Shown here one piece after another: positions 55,880-64,000 of a stretch of 64,000 nt of DNA. Location: contig OX597823.1 of the NCBI GenBank assembly GCA_951406725.2, positions 71,920,001 to 71,984,000 on the forward strand, read 5' to 3'. The notes beneath the pieces are model-generated. The model did not search any database. It was not told the origin of the DNA and saw only the letters and a program-made list of their open reading frames with translations. Positions within the stretch are counted from its first letter, which is position 1. Every line of letters begins with the position of its first letter. A program made the position numbers and the translations under genes. This DNA is from Octopus vulgaris. Its lineage: Eukaryota.

Positions 55880-56295
55880 GGCGCAGGAGTGGCTGTTTGG
55901 TAAGTAGCTTGCTAACCAACCACATGGTTCCGGGTTCAGTCCCACTGCGTGGCATCTTGGGCACGTGTCTTCTGCTATAGCCCCGGGCCGACCAATGCCT
56001 TGTGAGTGGATTTGGTAGACGGAAACTGAAAGAAGCCTGTCGTATATATGTATATATATATGTGTGTGTGAATATGTTTGTGTGTCTGTGTTTGTTCCCC
56101 TAGCATTGCTTGACAACCGATGCTGGTGTGTTTACGTCCCCGTCACTTAGCGGTTCGGTAAAAGAGACCGATAGAATAAGTACTGGGCTTACAAAGAATA
56201 AGTCCCGGGTCGATTTGCTCGACTAAAGGCGGTACTCCAGCATGGCCGCAGTCAAATGACTGAAACAATTAAAAAGAGTAAAAAGAGAAAAGAGT
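55880..56295 (+). mobile_element. SINE family A, full length, young
   Basis: Reverse complement nearly identical to 4227-4645. Confidence 0.9.
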
Positions 56296-56312
56296 ATGTA
56301 TGTATGTATGTG

Positions 56313-56356
<44 letters not shown>

Positions 56357-56667
56357 GGGAGCATGGCTCAGTCAGGGGTTAGAGCATCGGGCTCACGATC
56401 ATGTGATTGTGAGTTTGATTCTCGGACTGGGCTGTGTGATGTGTTCTTGAGAAACACTTTTTATTTCGTGTTGCTCCAGGTCACTCAATTGTAATTGCGA
56501 CGTCACTGGTGCCAAGCTGTATTGGCTTTTGCCTTTCCCTTTGACAACATCGTTGGCATGGAGATGGGAGTCTGGTATTCATTGGTGAATGGTGGTGTTC
56601 CATAAACAGTCTTTCCCGGATTTGTGCCTAGGAGGGGAAGTTTCTAGGGTGCAATTCCATGGTCATT

Positions 56668-56668
<1 letters not shown>
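56357..56668 (+). mobile_element. SINE family C copy
   Basis: TGGCTCAGTCAGGGGTTAGAGCATCGGGCTCACGATC...GAGTTTGATTCTC head. Tail gtgcaattccatggtcatt shared with the 29808 copy. Confidence 0.75.
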
Positions 56669-56711
<43 letters not shown>

Positions 56712-56717
<6 letters not shown>

Positions 56718-57330
56718 CACCCTTTGTTTCTGCCGGGGACTCTTTCCACTAACAAGTTCCCCATATAGCATCTGTTTAGAGATCCTGCTATCCTCCATTC
56801 TAATAAGGTGTCCAGCCCAACGTAACCGGTGCTTGTGCACCATCACATCCATACTCAAGACCTGTGTGTCTGGAGGTTTTAAGGTCCAGCCAACATTCAG
56901 AACGTGTCTCAGACATCTCTGATAAAAGCGTTCAAGGACCTTTACGTGACGTGTGTAAAGAATCCATGTCTCACATGAGTAAAGGACCAATGTCAGTATA
57001 CATGCACGGTACACAGCAAGTTTGCTTTGTGATGCCATGCTGGGACCAGACACGGGACTAAAATCCTCATTAAAGCCTGTGATATGCAGGAAACCAACTG
57101 GGAGAGCAATGCCTGTCATCGGCACAGATGGAGGAAGCAGGTTTAGGAGGGGGTCAACACCTTTCAGAGAGCACGTATTCTGCACGAAGAATTTGAGCGT
57201 GCCGCTCGAAAGCTCACTGCTAGCGTAACGAATGGAGAAAGCTTGGTTTGCTATGTCTGCAGTCGTGTATGCTTGTCAAGAGCAGGGTTCATTAGCCACC
57301 AACGAAGCTGCAAAGGCAAAATATTATTTA
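56712..57330. mobile_element. RTE (BovB-like) LINE 3' portion with a 5' inversion
   Basis: 56712-57054 minus strand reads RVWSQHGITKQ/KLAVYRACILTLVLYSCETW...LRWAGHLIRMEDSRISKQMLYGEL...QRVRY. 57055-57330 plus strand reads GLKSSLK/ACDMQETNWESNACHRHRWR...CYVCSRVCLSRAGFISHQRSC. Confidence 0.85.
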
Positions 57331-57902
57331 TAATGAAAGAATTAATACACTCATGTTCTCAGCTCCCGCCATGTCATACCAATTACACTTACTAGTTCTC
57401 ATGCCTCTTAGTTTGTATTCACTATTATCATCTATAAGCTATGAAACCCTCAGTAATCGGGTGATGGGTGTTCATTCTACGACAAATGTTTAAGACTAAA
57501 GAATGTTCATGTCAACCCCATTGTTGACGCTTACAGACAGGTAAAACTTATGGCTGAAGCAATTTCTACACTTTTCAGTTTGATTAAAATTGTTGGTTTA
57601 TTTAAAATGAAATACGTTTCATTTCGGCTTATATCAAAACGTTGTCTGGTGCCGAATGAAAAATGTGTCTGTACATACATGCATGCATGCATACATACAT
57701 ACATACATACATACATACATACATACATACATACATACATACATACATACATGCATACATACATACATGCATACATACATACATACATTCATTCATTCAT
57801 GCATACATACACATATATGTATACGTACATACATGCATGCATACATACATATATGCATACATGCATACATATACATGTGTGTGTGTACATAAATATATAC
57901 AT

Positions 57903-57963
<61 letters not shown>

Positions 57964-58259
57964 TACAAATAGATATACACATACGCACTTTTATGAACAG
58001 GGAAATATAGTGAAAGAAAAAAGATAGATAGAGAGAGAGTGAAAGGGGGATAGAAAGAATGAAAGAGAGAGAGTGAGAGAGAAGGAGAGAGAGAGAGGGA
58101 ATAACAAAGTGAAGGAGATATTTGTGTTAAGCTGTTGAATGTTGCCTGCATTAACAGTGTTTGATCGACAGTATATTCAACACGTACTTCAGATGACACT
58201 ATAATGGTTGAGGTTGGGAAGATGAGCTAGACGGCGCTGCACCTGTGAGCTCACGGTTG

Positions 58260-58291
<32 letters not shown>

Positions 58292-58661
58292 ATGGTATGT
58301 CGTAAATGTTTCCGCTCTAGCATAAAATGAATTAATATCTGGGATCATTTGTTAGCAAGCGAATAACATTCTAAAACATTTCCAATAACTTCACAGATCT
58401 AATTTTTTTAACGCGAGGAATAGAGAACTTATTTTCTGAATTTGTTTAATAGATCGTCAGTTTTAGGATGTGGGATGGATTTTATAGACTCTCTGTCTCA
58501 TATTTATTTATGTGTTTATTTATCTGCAGTAAAGGTGTCTCTCATATTGAGAACAAATGAGTCGTTGGATACACGTCTACAAAGGATAAAGTTACTGGTA
58601 CACAGCATTATCGGTGGCGCTTGTGCAAGTTGGTCCGTATAAACATCAGAAGAAATATTTA

Positions 58662-59260
58662 TACTCTTTTACTCTTTCACTTGTTTCAGTCATATGACTG
58701 CGCCCATGCTGGAGCACCGCCTTGAGTCGAGAAAATCGACCCCAGGACTTATTCTTTGTAAGCCTAGTACTTATTCTATCGGTCTCTTTTTTGCCGAACC
58801 GCTAAGTTACGGGGACGTAAACACACCAGCATCGGTTGTCAAGCGAAATTGGGGGGACAAACACAGACACACAAAGATATACACATAGACATATATATAT
58901 ATATATATACGACGGGCTTGTTTTAGTTTCCGTCTACCAAATCCACTCACAAGGCTTTGGTTGGCCCGAGGCTATAGTAGAATACTCTTGCCCAAGGTGC
59001 TACGCAGTGGGACTGAACTCTGAACCATATGGTTGGTAAGCAAGCTACTTACCACATAGCCACTTCTGCGCCTATATTTTATCGTTTACTTCTTTCAGTC
59101 ACTAGACTGCGACCAAGCCTTGAAAAGTGTATTTAGTCGAACGAATCGACATCAGTGCTTTTTCTAAAGCTTCGTAAATATTCCATCGCTTTCAATTGCT
59201 GAACCGCTAAGTTATAGGCTCGTAAACACACCAGCACCAGTTGTCAAGCGGTAATAGGGA
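58662..59260 (-). mobile_element. SINE family A full copy (58662-59072) plus an adjacent older 3' fragment
   Basis: Same head and tail as the 4227 copy. Second fragment about 59075-59260. Confidence 0.85.
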
Positions 59261-59419
59261 ATGATAGAAATTTTCTTTCATTGGAGAGCATTGATGTTTT
59301 CTTCAGCCCAGTTTAATACTGAATTCATAAGTTTCACTGTAAAATAGTATCATCATCCGGGTTCTTCATTAGAACTGATACTTCCGGATGAGCAGTGTTT
59401 TCATGATAGTTATGAAGTA

Positions 59420-59790
59420 GAATAACACGTGCAGTCATGTTGTATGTCATAGCAAAATCGGTTAGTGTAGGATTACTTGGCTGGTATTTGCCGAGGACAT
59501 AGCACAACTTAGTTCATCAGAAAGAGTACTTCTCAATTAAATCAGTTCATTGTCGAATCCTGTAAAACAGGGACGAACATGTGAAGACGGTGACATTTGC
59601 CCACTAGACAAATCCTGTATACAGTGCTTTGCAAGTTAATAAATCCATCCATATTGAAGGATGTAGAGAAGTTCAAGTATTCTTGAAACATGTTCATAAG
59701 TGATAGAATGTGGAGGGCTGGCTTGGATACAGAAAATACTGATGCTGATGTAATAACACGCCAGTTTTGGCAGTCGGCCATCAGAAACAA
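59420..59790 (+). mobile_element. Highly decayed RTE-like reverse transcriptase fragment
   Basis: LVFAEDIAQLSSS (FADD-like) and LKDVEKFKYS*NMFISD...D...A (VExFKYLG...SDG-like), with stops. Confidence 0.55.
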
Positions 59791-60118
59791 CAAAAATCAA
59801 AAGACAAAACAATGAAACATACTATCTGTAATTCGACTTCTTTACATCTGGCCCTATGTGTGTGATATATTATTTCCATCCACCATTGCTTTTCCCATTT
59901 CTAACCGAATATTAAATACTAACAAATTCTATCGTATGGTTTACCATTCAATCTTTCAGTCCTGTCTATCACTGTCACAAATTTACTTCTGTACTATTTT
60001 GTATGTGTTTATATGTCATTTGTGTATCGTTCTGTACAGTTTGAAAAGTCAACCCTTTGCAAAACTTCGAACTATCAACATATTTATAAGAGGTAATATG
60101 TAAATACATACAAACACA

Positions 60119-60196
<78 letters not shown>

Positions 60197-60784
60197 AACA
60201 CACACACACACATCTATATATAGAGATAACCGAAACGCTGACAGACACCAATGCCATGATTTCTGAAGATGATAAAGTGAAATATATACAAGCATACTAT
60301 TCTTTCATCGAACTAAGAACTGTAGAGGTGATATTTTTTTTAAAACTGAACAGGGATGGTCAGCTCGGTAGCATGGACGGTTCAGTCAGCTTCTGACAAC
60401 CACTATGTCTATATTTTCCTCGTAGATTTGGTTGATGCCCTTCAACAGTTTCAAAGGAAATAGTGGCTGAATAAATTAAGCATTAATCATAAGTATTAAG
60501 CAATTAAATAACTAATAGAAACATTACTATTTCTAAATCTCTCAGTGAGATATTCAGTAACAGTTCTTTAAAGTAAAGACTATTTGCCAACATAACGTGG
60601 CTGCCCTGAATGGGACGATTGTTACTATTATTTAAATAATTGTTAATCGTTAAAAAATGTATGCATTACAGTACACGAGAAACGCTGACACGAAAGTATG
60701 TGAAGAGAAAGAAATATAAGCAAATATGTATCTGAGGATACAATTATGATCGCAGATATTGAAATATTCTATTTGTTTTACTGG

Positions 60785-61686
60785 TTGCTGTTGTTGTTTG
60801 TTCCTTCTCGAGCCATGCCGACTCCCTGGTTTCATTGGCGTATAGGTTCCCCGCCTGGATTGGACGCGAAATTTTTTCCCCACGAGAGTTCCGGACCCTA
60901 GTTATGAACTCATTTCCAACCAAGCAATCAGAGCTCTATAGTCTAATATCATAGAATTAGATACAATAATTATAATAAACAGATCTATAATTACTACTAA
61001 TAATATAATAGTACTCACACATTTTCGTGACTAGTTTTTTTGTTGTGATTTTTTTTTGTACAAAGCTCATAAAATTAATAAAATTCGGTTTTCGCTGAAG
61101 ACCACAGGAAAATGCACATGTGACACTCGGATAAGCAAAGATATATTAACAATACACACATGTCCATAATTCGTATCAGTGAATCAATGTGCATTTATAA
61201 AACCTTCAAGCAGTTTCCGTACCTTCATATTCGTCACAGACATTCTCTTTTATTGCTATAGTAATTCAAAGTTACCGCTAACCGGCGAATGCGTTCAGTA
61301 TTGATGATATGGGCATCTGAATGAGAGCACAATACAAGATTTGCATGGCAATCGGTGGCTGCCGTTTTGACTGCCAACCTTTGTTAACTTGACAACAGGG
61401 TCAAGGTGAGCTCTGATTGGCTGTAGGCAAATGAGTTCATTACTGGGGTCCGGAACTCTCATGGGGAAAAAAGTTTCGCGGATGGGACGCCGGTCCGTCG
61501 CAGGTGAGTTGCTAGATGCAAGGGGAAAAAGTGAGAGAAAGTTGTCGCGAAAGAGTCAGAAGAAGTTCGCCATTAACATCTGAAGTTTCTCGCTCATAAA
61601 CACAAAAAACACCCGGTCTGAGATTCGAACCCGCGATCCTTCGACCGCAAGTCCGCTGCTCTAACTCCAAGCCATTAGCCTCCACC
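60785..61686 (-). mobile_element. SINE family B copy split by a MITE insertion
   Basis: Head at 61686 (TGGAGGCTAATGGC...GGTTCGAATCTC). The body resumes at about 60865 on the far side of the MITE. Confidence 0.75.
60866..61479. mobile_element. MITE with long TIRs (Mutator-like), copy 3, 9-bp TSD
   Basis: About 70-bp TIRs. TSD ggattggac (60857-60865) / ggatgggac (61480-61488). Confidence 0.85.
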
Positions 61687-62390
61687 ATTTCTTTCACATG
61701 GTGAATTCATATTACTGGTATGCATATTAGTATAAGTCAATCACCCACATATAACAGTCTAATGTTTAATGCATTATATTAGAGAAATCTCAATCATTGA
61801 TAAGCAAAAATAAGCATATATATATATATAGATACACAGCCACCCCACACACACGGTATTATTGAATTTACTATTGTGTATCTTTTTACAATATAAAGTG
61901 TCAAGACTCTCATCATACCATATCTATGACATATTCATTAAGTGTCATTGTTGTATTGTTATATTGCTATCGTTGACGGCAACTATGTTTGATTACAAGT
62001 TAGATATTTATCCTTAATGGCGACATCTACGTGTGCAATATAGGAATACATACGAAGCTACCCGCACAAAAAAAAAAACACTTGCACAAACGCATACATA
62101 CATATACATACCCACACATATAGATATACACTCAGATAAAACGAGTATGAATATCAGTGTATGTATGTATGTTAGCGTGTTGCACGTATATATATATATA
62201 TATATATATATTTATTATTAAAATATTATTAATGTGGTTCTAGAGTCAAGTTTTGGCTGCTATTTCAAGCGTGGTGGTATCTCTTAGATACCCTAAATTA
62301 TAATTTTGATAATAACTATTACCTTTGAAGGTTTTTATTCCCATGCTGGCCCCTTGATGAGTTCGATATTTGAATAACGATCTTATCCTT

Positions 62391-62460
<70 letters not shown>

Positions 62461-62897
62461 TGTGAACATGTACACATGTGTATACATAAATATTTCAGTA
62501 TTTTTACTTTAAATATTTTAATCGTTAGAAATCTTACGAGTGATGGTATTTCGTGGAGTCTCAACGAATTATATGGCTCAGAATATTACATTTGAAACGG
62601 TGGAATCTATGTCAGATACCAAATACTAAATAATGGCTCAGCGATATGATTTTGAGATCAAATATGAACAAGTATGTATGTATGTATACAATACACACCA
62701 TTTCATGCTGATCCAGTCATCTCAGATTACACAAGTATCAGCTGAGCACTAGTGCGACCCTATCTCCTAGTAGTCACGTACTCGGTATTCTGGCAGAAGA
62801 ATGGTGGAAAGGCCGTAAGTGGGCCTAGCTTTTCTCGTGATTATATAGGCACCTAAAACAATAAGTCATTTGGTAGCATCTATCATACTTTGGTGTA

Positions 62898-63150
62898 GAG
62901 GTGCGTGGCTTAGTGGTGAGAGTGTTGAACTCATGATCGTATGGTTGTGGCTTCGATTCCTGGACCGGGTGATGCGTTGTGTTCTTGAGCAAAACACTTC
63001 ATTTCACGTTGCTCCAATCCACTCAGCTGGCAAAAATGAGTAATCTTCCGACGGATCGGCGTCCCGTCCAGGTGGGGAATTTCTACGCTACTGAAACCGG
63101 GAAACCGGCTCTTATGAGCCTGGCATGGCTCGAGAAGGAACATGTATTTA
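62898..63150 (+). mobile_element. SINE family C
   Basis: TGGCTTAGTGG A box and GCTTCGATTCC B box. 3' part ggcgtcccgtccagg...gaaaccgggaaaccgg shared with the family B copy at 24588. Confidence 0.8.
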
Positions 63151-63179
63151 TTTATCATACTATGACGTTTATGGCTCGC

Positions 63180-63222
<43 letters not shown>

Positions 63223-64000
63223 GATGATGATGACAATTGAAATATAAAAGCATATTTACAACATTTCTAAAAATAACCCAACAATTGCTGCTTCGGCCTG
63301 GGTCAAGATACAGGACTCTTGACATGCCCAACAAAGCGTGATGCCTAAACCAATCAGCTCAACCAACCAATCAGCTTGAGTAATTGAGTGATACTACACA
63401 CTGATTGGTCAGAATACAGTTTGCAAAACCTAGCACTCTGGAGCCTACCCAGCTGTATTTATAGCACAGAATCAATCATCTTGCTACAGTCAAAAATTGT
63501 GAAGCACGACTGTCACCACTACTACATGAACCCGAAGATTGCAGAATTCAATGCATGAAAGTACTAGTTCAATCAGAATGAACATTTAACATTCTACTAT
63601 TTCATTTTATTCTATTCAATTATAATATATTATCTTATAATATATCATTATAAGATTGTAAATAAACGTGAAAATCAGACAAGGTTGGAATTCCTTTTAA
63701 TATATATATATGTATATGCGGGCCACAAACGTCACTCGCTAGCAAGTTTATTTGGTATACATGCATACAAACATAATACATACTTGGTATACATATATAC
63801 ATACATGCATACATACATATGACTGTGTGTATGTGTATGATGTGCGTTGCTCTTTTGTATATGTAAAAACCACGTTATTTTACCATGCCTTCAACTGACA
63901 AATTAATACTCATTACGAACACTTAAAACGGATAAATTTTCCACTGAAATAATTTTTCATTCTCTAAATATTTTCAAATTATGTATTTTTAAGATCTCAC

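Noticed and set aside
58200-58300. (CAG)n followed by ATG|GTATGT as a polyQ exon
   Set aside because: The polyQ frame contains TAG, and no convincing acceptor or start supports another frame.

Overview
AT-rich, microsatellite-saturated eukaryotic (animal) DNA. The tRNA-derived SINE families and repeat landscape strongly suggest an octopus genome (inference from recognition, no search run). No complete gene is visible, and nearly all listed ORFs are translations of microsatellites or SINEs. The window is mostly intronic or intergenic. It holds about 20 SINE copies from four families, decayed LINEs (CR1, Crack-like, RTE, R4/Dong-like RLE), Penelope-like element (PLE) termini, a DD37D-type Tc1/mariner relic, a MITE family with apparent 9-bp TSDs, a Tigger-like MITE and a Helentron-like fragment. 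One credible first coding exon lies on the minus strand (48328-48408). The most striking unannotated signal is a set of about 13 type I hammerhead-ribozyme-like motifs from at least five sequence families. They have palindromic, short stem III sequences of the dimer-cleaving type and are tied to PLE ends and (TA)n tracts. They include a family with a non-canonical core, variants with very long stem II, and two head-to-head palindromes. An RTE LINE with a twin-priming-type 5' inversion is also present. Repeat boundaries were read by eye and are approximate.
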